A stretch of 59,846 bases of DNA, the filler included, from Nemertoderma westbladi (taxonomy: Eukaryota; Animalia; Xenacoelomorpha), in NCBI GenBank assembly GCA_032718475.1. It is 3 parts of 3 records of this genome, joined end to end, with 100 filler letters (N's around TTAATTAATTAA, not from the genome) between each part and the next. Parts side by side here need not be neighbours in the genome. Positions count along the whole stretch, not along the records: positions 1 to 18,077 come from JAUCBJ010001556.1; positions 18,178 to 40,642 come from JAUCBJ010004996.1; 1 more part is not named here. One strand, given 5' to 3'. The position numbers were made by a program, and so were the translations under genes. Below are positions 13,901 through 25,884 of the stretch, piece by piece. The notes under the pieces are model-generated. The model saw nothing but the letters and a program-made list of their open reading frames with translations. It searched no databases and had not been told where the DNA came from. Each line of letters starts with the position of its first letter. Position 1 is the first letter of the stretch.

Positions 13901-16900
13901 GATAACTATAAGGACAAGGATGATGAGACTGCCGAAAAAGAGAACCTAGAAGAGCCACTAGTGAGTAATCCTATACTTAAGTACGGTATGTAGTATAAGC
14001 ATTATGTAATAATGCAGTGGGATGGATGGCTTGGTTATTACACTAAGGCCTAATCGAAGTCTAAAACGGTAATCTATTTACCGTACAATAAATAGTTACT
14101 ATTTCCTATTAATAGAGGTATTTTTATTGTGTATTGTTATACTGTATTACATGTACATATATTACATTATTTAGAATATTGAAACATTTGATGGCCGCCA
14201 ATGCAATGTCATGGACATATCACTGCCAATCTTTATATCGAGAATCCCACCACAGGCTGTTATTAATGCCTTCGCTCTCAAAGTTTGGAGTTTAATTTTA
14301 AGCCCAGAGGAAGTGATTTCGACTATCATCGAACCTGACTCGACTGGGAACACAAATCGAGTAGCGGCACCAGATGACAAGATTTCTCAGCTTAAAGGTA
14401 AGTTTTACTAATACAGTACAATTTTAATATTGTGTTGGCAGTTTGAACATGTGGTACAGTATGTTTATCTATAACATTATGAGACGGGTGACAACTTATT
14501 TATAAGCTGACAGAGACTAACACGTACTATTAACATTTATGGGGGACTGTTATTTATCTAAATATCATCGTGATTATGATTGTTTAATTACTCTAAGTTA
14601 CATTTATATTTGCATCTGCATTGGGCTATTTTTATTATTTTTATATTTAATAAATACACAATATTCAGGAACATTTTGTTTACCTACTGTAATATGAAGA
14701 TGGGCAACAATGTAATGTCACTATAATAATACCGGTACGTGGATATATTTATTTATTTTTGTGGAATTAATTTCGCACTACCAAATCGCCAGGGCGACAT
14801 TATTTTCCAGCTTTATATCGCTGTGCGACATTATTTCTCAGTACAGTATTTCCCTACGCCACATTTACTATGTATTTCCAGTATCAGCATGTCACCGCGT
14901 CATTATTAGGTTGTTCTAGAAAGTTTATGTCCACAATTACAAATATTTCCCCACAAATAAATGAAATTAGATTCGCCATTGTTCATAATTAGCACTTTAA
15001 ATCTTTTACGGTCCTCGTTCTATTATTTCCCTCGCTGTCGCTCGGGAAACAAAATCACTCGTTCCGAACGCTATAATGTGATTTTTATGAACAATGACGT
15101 TTGTATATAGTTAACACTTACACAAAATGTTATAGAACATGTATTTATTAAATAGATTAATTGGCCTGCAGCGGAAATAAATATTTGCAATATTCGAATG
15201 CCCATATCTCAGCTATTTCCCAACCAAAATACAGTAAAATGTGTTTACATATTTTAGAATATTTTACGTATATTTTTCTGGCTTGAAGTAATACTGTAGA
15301 ACCCGTATGTAAGCTTCCTAACTCTTCCTTAGCTTCCTTGGTCTGAGATCTACAGTATTATTTATGTTTTTTTAGTCTTAGTCTTTACTCATAGAATCCT
15401 CTGATCAAGGCGTGATACGTCAACTTGATGCTTTCTGTGTCGGTTGGGGCTCTTTCATAAGAAAACAATTAATGTATAATATGTATCGTGATTTAATTTT
15501 ATTTACAGCCTTGATCGCTTGATCCGGAAAATATTTAATATGAATCCCGTAATGTTTGTAAACAATATTTGGCCTAAATTACGAAGATCATTGAATCAGA
15601 AGGGCAATGATGCCAAACGAAAGAAAATGAGCACCAAGGATTAACTGGATTATCAATCAAATTGCAAAACGGAATTTATTACATATTAAAATACAGTACA
15701 TACATATAATATTACATCTGCCTACAGTATTATACTTCATCTGTCTTTGTACTGTATAATGTAATTGTTGTTGTTATAAAGCCGTTGTTGAAAGTAAACA
15801 TAATATTTTAATTACCCTGTCTTGGTAATTGTGATTTTGTTTTTTCGCTTTTGAATGTAGGCCTATGTACAGTCATGTTTCAATTTTAGCCACAGTTTGA
15901 GCCCTGGAAATATTTTTTAGTGTTAATTAAATATGTAAAGTACCTCCATCGCCATGGATAATCAATCACATTGTCATTGTGTATTATGAAACTGGGTGAC
16001 AGGGGGGAAACTTGAGGCAAATATCTTCTCGGCGAATTAATATCTCGTTTCAATGTTAGGTAATCAATTAATGGAAAGGAGCAGGTTACAGTGACACGTT
16101 ATTCTAACGAAAACAATATAATATATTGTTGACCATAGTATATCGTGTATAAAATAGTCAAGTCAATATACAGAAATAAGTTAAAATTTATTTTTGGGTG
16201 TAATCAGCTGTTATTTGCATAGAATTCCCCTGAAGAGGGTTGCCTTTTGATTGCGTCAACCCCCCCCCCCCCCCCCACCCCAATCGGGTGACTTGAGTTT
16301 TTGTTGAGGCGCGCAGATCCTAAGACGGAAACTTGTTCTGAAAACATTATAATGGCTTACATTACGCAGATGGCAGCGCATCTAATATTGAATAAATGAC
16401 ATTTCAATAAGGTGCTATGAAAATCTGCAAAGATCTTGCCGGTATACAGTAATATAATTATTTATTAAATATCTGCAAAGATCGTATTCCCCTATCTATA
16501 TCTGCAAAGATCATATTAAGTTCCATTCCAAATCTGCAAAGATCTTATTGATCTTGCTACATCTGCAAAGATCTTACTAAGATTTCATTAATTCCTGCAA
16601 AGATCTTGCTACGATTTGCAAAGATCTTAGTAAGGATCGACAAGATCGTACTAAGATCTTTGCAGACTTGCAATGATGCAAGACTAGGGACCGAAATGTT
16701 GTGCAAATGATAGCTGATTTCAGCCACCTGATCTGATAGGAGTTTTTGGGATTCCATTAGCATTTGCTGTGATTGCTGCAGGGAGTTTAGATCGGAAACG
16801 TGAGCTATTGGTGCGGAGATTGGGGGGTTTTGTTGTTCTATCATCTTGTCTGCGACCTCAGCAAGACGGTCTAAGTTCAGATCCGAGAGTGTACTGAGTA

Positions 16901-17480
16901 CTATTCGTATTGTCGGTGGCATAATCTCGATGAATCGCAGACGGATTATCTGTTCATTCCCTCCACCTGGAATCAAGCGTTGCATCTGCCTTATAACGGC
17001 AGAAGGTTTGCGGTCGCCGAGTTCCTGCGCATCGAGAAGTTTTTTTAACCGTCGTTCATCGCTGTCAGCGAGATGGGAAATAATGTCGCGTCTTATATTG
17101 TCGAATTCGTCATCGACGTTTACTCCAGCATCGAGAATGATTTCGGTAGGTAATGCAGCGAGCAGGTTAGCCTTCTTAGAATGTTCTAATTGACCATGGA
17201 GAACGGCCTCCACTTGCTGGAACCACGTTCGAGCATCCTTAGGATAGAATTCCGGCAACCGAGTTTTTTGTACTGTAGTTAGAAGTTGAGATTTATTGGT
17301 ACTGTCAATCTGATTACAATGGATTGAAAGGATAGCTTTTACAGCTGAAGGATTCTCCGTTCTTAATTCGTCGATTATATCCGCTTTCTTAGTGGGAGCT
17401 ACAAATGTAGGGTCGTGCTCCCGAAGTTGGTGAAGTGTTTGTAGTAATTCAGCTTTCCGGAATTTGTCGAAACTTGACAT
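10967..17480 (-). CDS. gag: Gag-protease, split by the 11600-16689 insertion
   Basis: Starts MSSFDK at 17480. Motifs LPEFY..WFQQVE, LGDRKPS, LAEVADK. Removing the insert plus one 2-bp TSD restores HNISVPQHYSR in frame, followed by the CHCC knuckle and LVDSGS..ILGLDFL protease. Confidence 0.9.
11600..16689. mobile_element. Non-autonomous CACTA/EnSpm-like (CCC...GGG) DNA transposon
   Basis: Imperfect TIR CCCTAG(a/t)CT(a/t)GCA, 2-bp TSD AC (11598-11599, 16690-16691), and arrays of ctgcaaagatctt subterminal motifs at both ends. Precise removal restores gag. Confidence 0.82.
11969..15644 (+). CDS. Spliced coiled-coil + BEN-domain-like gene; predicted exons 11969-11984, 12294-12361, 13586-13960, 14175-14397, 15509-15644; 8-nt lesion in the last exon
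   Basis: All four GT..AG introns are phase-compatible (1,0,0,1). The C-terminus FALKVWSLILSPEEV..DKISQLKALIRKIF..WPKLRRSLNQKGND fits the BEN pattern by eye. The first two exons are less certain. Confidence 0.62.
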
Positions 17481-17602
17481 GTTGTATTCGCCGAAACAGA
17501 GATTTGTGGTGATTAAATTTGTGATTGTATGATTTGTTGTTAAATATAAGTTTGTCCGAATTGAATAAGGAAACGAGATGATTTGTCCACTTGCTCCCGC
17601 AG

Positions 17603-17620
17603 AGATCGTCTGGGTCACCA
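17603..17620 (-). promoter_or_regulatory. Primer-binding site, tRNA-Trp-like
   Basis: TGGTGACCCAGACG lies 1 nt inside the 5' LTR and resembles the complement of the tRNA-Trp 3' end (TGGTGACCCCGACG). Confidence 0.8.
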
Positions 17621-17621
17621 A

Positions 17622-17950
17622 TGTTGGGTTTTGAAGAAACAACAACAATAAGAAAAGCATGAGGAATGACAACAAGTACTGTATATTATAATATATTGTT
17701 TAGTTACTCTAATTCTCTAGATAGATATAATTATATTGCATGACAAAAATGTATCTGGTATATATCTCATGATGTGCAATATGGTTACACATAGAAAGGG
17801 TCAAACATACCTACTGTAGAAGTGCAAACAATATGTAAATATAATATAATTAATCATGGAGTTAATTAATTACGGTAGTAGTGTTGAGGTTATACACATC
17901 ATTTAACAGCACATAATATTAAATCAATTATACCTTATATTAACGTTACA
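17622..17950 (-). repeat. 5' LTR
   Basis: Direct repeat of 6773-7101. Confidence 0.96.
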
Positions 17951-18077
17951 CCTAGTACCGGTAGGGCCAAGTACAGAAGTATGTATCGTAGCCGATTTCA
18001 CCTTCTTTTTTACTAAAACTGTATGGTGCTTTGGCACTTTAATGTCATATTTTCAATATTCGGTACCGATACCGAAT

Positions 18078-18177
18078 NNNNNNNNNNNNNNNNNNNNNNN
18101 NNNNNNNNNNNNNNNNNNNNNTTAATTAATTAANNNNNNNNNNNNNNNNNNNNNNNNNNNNNNNNNNNNNNNNNNNN
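18078..18177. other. Assembly gap with artificial linker
   Basis: N-run with central ttaattaattaa; same structure at 40643-40742. Confidence 0.97.
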
Positions 18178-19560
18178 TGAAACATTATAGTTCGCCGCTG
18201 ACTAGTGGAGAAGGACGATATACTACAACAAATCTAATTGGACCGACTGTTGTTTTGATATTAATAGCAATGTTCTCGAACGACGTATAATTTTCATTAA
18301 AATTAAGAGAGGATAAACAGCCTTTTAGTTCCTTGCGGTGGAGTATCCCAACCCCACCTCCTCTAGTTAATCGTGGTTTATGGTCTAAGTTGTGAGTATT
18401 TGGGGTGAGCTGAGTAGTTACACTGTTGCAAAAATCGTGTACAGTAAGCCAAGTTTCAGCAATTCCTAGAATATCAAAGTTATTATCCTCGACGAATAAA
18501 CAAGTATGAGATGTCTTGTTAACTATTGACCATAGATTAATATAGCATAACTTAAGAGAGTCACTACAGTTATCATTGGAAGCGTTACCCTCAAGTTACT
18601 CCGATCCAACAGGATGTGGAGGAGCTGCCGAGGAGTCGGCAGTAGCAGTGGGATCGCGGCGTGGTCGAAGGTTAAACTGAGAACGTTCGGTGTCTGAAAG
18701 GCGATAGTTCCGTATTAAAACACCGTCTTCCCAGTTGCTTGGATACATGAGCTGTGTACGGTTGTCCTGTGTACAGGTAAGATGAAAAGCGCGTGTTAGT
18801 TTGCCGAATGCATTTGGTTCGGAATTCTGTCGGTTCGAGATCGGAACAACGTCGATGAAGGGAAGATTGTCGTGTGACAGGTACCCTTTGACATCATCAG
18901 CTGTAACTGTTCCAGCAAACCGGCCTATATAGATATGAGCCGTGTCGAAATTCCGCCGAGGAGCGACTGCGAGACGAGTTCCGTGCTTTATACCGAGAAT
19001 AGTTGTACCGCGGCGTCTCGGTTCGGTGTCTGTTACAGGAGGAGATCTGATGGATGCTAGGGGCATCGGAGTAGAGAGTGCGGGCGCTGCGGGGGTGCCT
19101 GCTACAGAGGCCCAGGACCTGGGATTCTGGGTAGGCCTACCGGTAGCAGGATCCAAGCCTGTTTGGAGGTTCAGGGAAGGTGCTGACTGGATGGTGTCTA
19201 TTAACTTATCTTTGGCAATTATTGATTCGCGTTGGGCGGCGATTAACTGTTTCCGAGTTTCTGCGAGGTCGTTGTGTTGAGAGTTATACACAGAGTTTAA
19301 ATCTGCCAGTGCGTCCTGTAGTTTCTTTTCGTCGTCCTGGGAGACGGACTTTTTGTGTTTAACAGTGCGGAATAACGCCAATATATCTTGTTGAGCCTTG
19401 TAGAAAACATCAATACCGGGATCACCCGACGTAGATGAATCCATAATATTATATAATATTAAAGAGTATTAAAGAGTTACAGATCAGTCAGTTTAAATCA
19501 GTTGTTATCAGTTCGGTACACGATAGGCCTACTGCAGTACTGACATGACAGCATGAAAGG
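18178..19560 (-). mobile_element. 5' part of a CR1/L2-group LINE: ORF1 (18596-19444) and start of the APE endonuclease, cut by the gap
   Basis: ORF1 has a coiled coil and an RRM-like HIYIGR..WEDGVLIRNY. In the same frame after TAA: LKLCYINLWSIVNK..DILGIAETWL..RGGGVGI. Confidence 0.85.
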
Positions 19561-19649
19561 AAGTCACCGAGAATTAATCGGAAACTTAAGTACATATTAT
19601 ACATACTAAGTACATACTAAGTATATACTGTTTGTTATACAAATATCGG

Positions 19650-20478
19650 ATATCTTCTTATCTTCTTATCTTCATTTTGTTATTTTTTTACAAACCCCAG
19701 ACCCCCATTTAGTACAATGAAACGGCTTTTACAATAATATAATATAAAGCAGAAATTACAATTAATATTATACACTGAGAATTTTACAAGAACCTACAGT
19801 AACTATAATTCCAAAAAGACTAGCACAGATACAAATAAGAGAAAGCACAACACATTACATAGTTTACAGATTCAGTTTACAGAGTCAGCATCCAGCTCAG
19901 AGCCAGATCGGCAATCCAGCTTCATCCTCCGTACATTATCCAGACCACTGCGCCACTTTAGCCTCAACCCCCTGATGCAATGAGACGCCCCTTGAACTAT
20001 GACGAACTGCACACGGCGGCTAACCCACTCCATGACGGTGCTATAAGGTCTGTCCCAGTTGTGGTATAACCTATCAGCGAAGATCCTTGGGAGCTTATTG
20101 GCCTGCGGTACCAGAACTCCATCGCAAGAGACTACGAAGTGTGCAAAGTCCGCCTTCCTCTGTTACTGTGTTACGCTGGTTCTGCATATAGTGCGGTTTT
20201 AGCGTCCTCCGCAGATTCTAGGACCCTCATCGGCGGGCGTCCCACATATGGCTCGGCGTCAAGGTTTACGACCCTGATATCTAACAACGCCTGAGTCTCC
20301 GGGTTGAATGCCCCTGGAACTCCTACATCACACCAAAGTCCTGCCTCTCCACTTAATCCAGGCTGGTCTCTGACTATGGGTTCACGAGTCACGTTTCGTG
20401 GTCCAAATGCTAGAGTCTAGAGAGGCCAGATCCCCAACAACATCACGGACTTCATTATGTCTTTGGATTATGAGGCCT
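19650..20478 (-). mobile_element. 3' fragment of a CRE-like non-LTR element (restriction-like endonuclease domain), degenerate
   Basis: Minus-strand QRHNEVRDVVGDLA, REPIVR, ALLDIRV..DA..Y, CDGVL and HCIRG segments; gaagataa repeats as a likely tail. Confidence 0.65.
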
Positions 20479-21299
20479 TTTTTTTAAATTCCAATTCTTC
20501 CAAATTTAATTATTATTAATCAAATTTCACTAACATTTAAATAATTTGAATTTTTTGTATCATTTAAGCATTAATTCAATTACAATTGTAAATTAGCAAC
20601 AATTAGGCAAACCATAAACATTTCATTAACGATATAGACAGTACAAACAAAACAAATAAACAAAACAAGTATACAAAAGGCACTACTGTAAACAATTAAA
20701 GATTACAAAATTCGATAAACAATTACAGAATTAAAGAGTACGAAATATGATAAACAATTGAATTGAAGTAAACAAACAGCAATAAAACTACCCGTATAAA
20801 TTAAAGTAACAAAACGCTATACACTAATTATTTAAGTAAGCAAAACTCATTAAGCAATTAAATCTAAATAGAGAAAACTCAATAAACGCAACTCTGCAGT
20901 ACAGCAGTAGGCCTACTGACCACAAAATGACTGAATGAGTCATTTATTGGCGGTGGATCATGTGACTGATTTATAATTGCAATGCGTGTCAAGCACCACT
21001 AAAGTACTTATGAAATGTTTGCCAAGTTATAAAGTCACCTAAAGTATGAAATGTTTGTCAAGTTATAAAGTCACCGAAAGTATATTCTAGTTATACAAAA
21101 TGTGTTAAGAATTTGGTAAGAGCATTGCATGATAAGTTTCCACCCAAATATTTCTTAAAATCTATACTGTACTTGGCAAGTATTTTTTAATTCCTTAACA
21201 AATAATGCAAAATGTGGTAATTGTAAAATTTTAGTAAAATTATCATGCCAGTAACTTGCCATTAGGTAGTACTTTACTAATATGATAAGATTCTCAACC

Positions 21300-22480
21300 C
21301 GGGAAGTTTTTTAATCCAAATTAAATGTAACATGTTTGGGAGCATTACGTGGACTGCGTCGCAATGGTGTAATTTCCGGTTCGGGGAATTGTGAGTTTAC
21401 CATAGATTCACTTCTAAATTGAAAGTAATTTTCCAGTTCGCTAGATGGCCATATAAACCTGCGATTTCGCCAATACGTTCGACTGGATGGTAATTTAACC
21501 ATGTAATCGCGTCGTGCACCAACACCAATAACATATCCGACTATGTCCCATCGTTTAGACTTCATATTCTATACTCTGACTTTGTCTCCCAACTTTGAAT
21601 GGTGGTAAGTTTTTCGATCCATGGTTATAATATGTTTCTACTTTATCCCTAATAATCGATCGTTTAGAATCTAATTCTTCGGCATCCAATAGCCATTGGG
21701 GAGAGAATGAAGAGTGGTGGGTAGGTACTTGTATCGTGATCGTAAGTAATTTCCAAATACAAGTTGATTTGGGGACTTCCCATCACTCCGGGGTGTGTTC
21801 CTCAGTTCCAATAATGCCTCCTGGAATTCTTCTGCATTGATATGAATATTCGGCATCTTTGAAAGTAGCGTTTTAACAGATTTAGCAGCGGACTCCGCAT
21901 GTCGGTTACTTAGGGGGTAATATGGTGTACTGGTAATGTGGTTTACACCCCAACGCTTTAAGAATATTTTGAATTTGGAGGATTCAAACTGTGGCCCCCC
22001 GTCCAAACGAAGGTAGCTAGGTACAGTATGCCAGTATCCACAAAGAATTTTCGAATAATCGAAATGACCTTTGAGGAATCCGGGTCATTTCGTCACTCTG
22101 TGACTAGAGGGTACCCAGAAATTCTATCCGAGTAAACTAAGTAGTGGTAACCTCCGAGGGTAAATAAATCCATAGAAGCAGATTCGAAGATTTGAGTAGG
22201 TACTGCGTCTAGTATAATTTCCTCCTTTGGAGGAGCTGGAGGAGCTGGAGGACTTCTCTCCATTTATCTTTAGGTATAACAGTACGATTTCCATATAACA
22301 CCAGGCCCATATCGATAGATAAGTAAACCCAAATCGATTTGAATTTCTGTACAAAGGGATGTCGATCATGATTATTCATAAAACACGATTGGATGGCAGC
22401 GATTAAGAAAATTATGACTATCTGTTCATAGATCAATCGGAAATAGATGTTTGGCACCGACTTGGTCGTCTATTGCAAAA
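21300..22480 (-). pseudogene. Degenerate Ty3/Gypsy integrase fragment (different family)
   Basis: GIP..LRLDGGPQF, PYYPLSNRHAESAAK, LLELRNTP, WRNRRFI, LRRSPR, with several frameshifts. Confidence 0.85.
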
Positions 22481-23129
22481 TAAACCTCTGTCGATCGTTG
22501 TTAGATTTATTCGTCACTCAACACGTTTCCAGGTTTTCGCACATAAAGGAGAATTCGACAAAGGAATTTACCCTATGGACCATTTGTCACCACTACGAGC
22601 AGCCCTACTTGGAGAGATGATATAGTTAAAGAAAGATGGTGAAGTTTTTGCTGCATACTCATACAATGGTACAATCCAAATACAGTCGTCCAAGGATTCC
22701 CAGGCAGTTGCTATAGCTTCCAAAACTGACATCAATAAAATTCGTAACCAATCGTCGCTGCCAAGTAGGCCTATGCTGAAGTCAAAAAAGAGAGTAACCA
22801 ACCCTACCTCATCCCCTAGACAAACCAGAAGTCTCACTAGAACCGACCCATCTGCTCGCCCCAACTCATCGCTGTCCGCATCTTACTATTCTCCACTAAA
22901 TGACAAGCCCCAATCAATATCCGATGACTATGAGAGCGGAGACGAAACGATATGAAACTCAGGACTACCAACAAACGTTCACCTGCCGAGCTTTACTGCT
23001 CACTACTGATATACACTATTTCTCGGAATATGATGAGTTACTTGGGATGTAATACAGTACTGTATTAACACGTTGTGGGGTCTTCGAGCAGCACGTGTTC
23101 AAATGTTCAATGAATGAACAGCGACTAAT

Positions 23130-25204
23130 TAAGCGACCAATATTGTGACATATATTTTAGATTAATGTTTGATTCAATTAGAGGCACAAATTAAAAAGGC
23201 TACAAATATATAAGGGTGAATAATTAAATTAGTCACCCATTAGGCCTAAAAGGTAGCCAAATATAAGTTGCAATCTATATAAATTTTTAAATTCAGTAGT
23301 GTGCATGTGTTGTGTATTGATTCCGTAGATTTCATGTTGTAATAGCGTTCATTAATTTAATTTCTATTTAATTATTCAGGCATACTAATACCCACATTAA
23401 ATTAGTTCGTGTGTGTTAAGTGTGTAAGATTTGATTGTATCGTCACGAAACCATTAGGGCACAGAAACTGACGAATTCTTCGCGAATTTCGCAAACGTCG
23501 CAAACTTCGGGAATTTGTTCTACAATTTTGACTCCTTAAGCAAAAGGGTCCCGAATGAGTTTTTTAACCTTTATTTTTTTGTGATTTTGAGTGCTTTTTT
23601 ATATTAGTGAATGTTCTAGAACCTTAGTAGATTTTTTATGGTATATAGCTAGTATTTTTTACTAGCTAGTAATTTTTGGAAATTATTTTGGTCATTAATA
23701 TATTCTTCAACAGTTTAAGCTGGTGGTAGCTGCCAAAATATACAATAAAATGATTCTATATAGGATTAGGCCTCACATAGAGAAACTACTGCGTAAGAGC
23801 CAAAACGGATTTCGACCAAGTAGATCAACAATAGCTCAGATACTTGCACTACGGAGACTGATTGAAGGAATTAAGTCAAAGAATCTCCCCGCAGTCATGA
23901 CTTTTGTGGACTTCAAGAAGGCATTCGACTCCATCCATAGAGGTAAAATGCTTGAAATCCTAAGAGCATATGGAATACCAGAAGTAATTGTTGCTGGCAT
24001 TGGATTGTTATATTGTGACACAGAAGCGCAGGTACTTTCACCAGATGGTGAAACTGAGTTTTTCTCAATCCTGGCTGGTGTACTGCAAGGTGACACATTA
24101 GCACCATTACTATTTGTAATTGTGGTGGATTACGCAATGAGGACGGCCACAAAGGGTGAAGATCTGGGATTCACACTTCAAGAACGCAGAAGTAGTAGAT
24201 ATCCGGCAACTACAGTCACAGACACCGACTTTGCGGATGACATCGCCCTGCTCTCTAATACGCTAGCAGATGAACAGCTTCTACTAAATAAAGTGGAGAG
24301 GGCTGCTAAGGAGGTTGGATTGCATATAAATGCTACCAAGACCGAATTCATGACCTTTAATGTTGATGGAAACTTGACAACCATGGATAATAATCAACTA
24401 AGGGAGGTAGATGACTTCCAGTACCTTGGATCGTGGATAGAGAGTAGCAAAAAGGACATAGAAGTTAGGAAAGCAAAGGCTTGGGTAGCTCTATCAAAAA
24501 TGGATACCATCTGGAAGTCAGATCTCCCCAGGCACCTGAAGACCAAGTTCTTTCGAGCCACAGTGGAAAGTGTATTTTTATACGGGGGTGAGACCTGGAC
24601 ACTGACTAAATCACTTGAACAACGATTTGATGGTTGCTACACAAGACTACTAAGGGCAGCCCTAAACATCAGCTGGAGACAACACATAACAAACGCCGAG
24701 CTTTATGGTACAATACCACCTGTATCAACCACCCTCCGTGAACGCAGATTAAGATTCAGTGGGCACTGCTGGCGAAGTAAAGACGAGGTCATACCAGATC
24801 TACTTTTCTGGCAACCAACTCATGGAAAGCGTAGTCGTGGACGACCTGCCATAACATATATAGATCAACTTGAAAGGGATACTGAACTTGGGAGAAACGA
24901 AATTGCGACAACTATGGAGAATCGGGAAGCCTGGAAGGATCTCATTTCCACTGTCCGAGTTCGCTCGACCTAGTAGTAGTAGTATATATTCTTCAACAGT
25001 TTAACCTGAAATATCATGGACTTTCACATTTTTTATAATTTCAAAAAATACTAGCTAGCAAAAAAACACTAGCTATCATAAAAAACATATCTACTAATGT
25101 TGTAGAACTTTCACCAATACCAAAAAAATTAATAAACTCTAAAAAAGGATTGGTGGAAAATGGCTGGGGTGTCGACAGGGCGAAGTAGGGACCGTGTTGC
25201 TTAA
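23130..25204. repeat. ~0.8-kb interspersed repeat, copy A (contains RTE copy 2)
   Basis: Near-identical to 27218-27663 plus 38631-39056. Contains an ~80-bp internal inverted repeat rich in actagctag and ends in gttgcttaa. Confidence 0.88.
23719..24983 (+). mobile_element. 5'-truncated RTE-clade LINE, copy 2 (open RT frame 23723-24973)
   Basis: Near-identical to copy 1, (TAG)n tail, 21-bp TSD atatattcttcaacagtttaa (23698-23718, 24984-25004). The empty site is visible at ~38837. Confidence 0.95.
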
Positions 25205-25884
25205 TGGCTAGCTGAGATCTGCGAAAAAAATAGAATAACATAATATTATACAATAGGAAGATAGAGGGATGGCGTGATGGGGGTACGATACCAGATATCC
25301 GCATTAAGTAGATTTCTGGAAAACATCAACCCAGCTATAATGACCATCTATAACCATAATATAAGAACATCGATATCTTTGCAGACAACTATCGGTATAT
25401 CGTTGTTCAATTCAAGCCGCATACTTTGTAAGAGTGCGTTGGTTATGGTATTACCCGCATCCCATCTCGTTCCAGGGTATATAAAGTTTTAGTTCAGCTG
25501 AAGAATACGTTTTTTCACTTTTCGGTCAAAAATTTATATAATCTTAACAAACTTCTGTGTTACTTTGAGTTTAGCCCCTTTATTAAATAAACGAACGCCC
25601 TAAAGTCGGAATGCCGCAACCTGAGAAAAATTTATATAGGCCTATTTACAATGATGAAGAAATTTGCAGTGTCTTATGGACACTTATTTATATCTTTAAC
25701 GTGTACGTACACAAAGATACTAATTCGTTTATTGTTTTGGTTAGAATCAGCCTTTATGTAATCTGAGGTTTTAGTTAAGTCTGGTATTCTTCACATCTGG
25801 GCACATTGCATAATAGCAGAATATAAATATAATAGTATAAATTATAGTAACAGTCACAGTTCAGTTCACATAGCTGTAGAACTA

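Larger units (their letters stand above)
6773..17950 (-). mobile_element. Ty3/Gypsy LTR retrotransposon, CsRn1-like lineage, with two nested insertions
   Basis: 329-bp TG..CA LTRs, 5-bp TSD CCTAG (6768-6772, 17951-17955), tRNA-Trp-like PBS, PPT, Gag CHCC knuckle (CFYHFRFGNEANKCTPPC), PR-RT-RH-IN order. Confidence 0.96.

Noticed and set aside
16557-17675. 372-aa ORF with a signal-peptide-like N-terminus (env-like?)
   Set aside because: The hydrophobic start lies in the LTR (same text at 6608-6826) and runs through the PBS. Real Gag starts at 17480, and the C-terminal tail is read-in to the inserted element.
18078-18177. ttaattaattaa palindrome inside N-runs (also 40643-40742)
   Set aside because: Identical at both gaps and gives stops in all frames: a scaffolding linker, not biology. 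Adjacency across the gaps is unverified.
22568-22955. Possible LINE ORF1 remnants here and at ~48300-48740
   Set aside because: Only a vague resemblance, short or riddled with stops; cannot be supported without a profile search.
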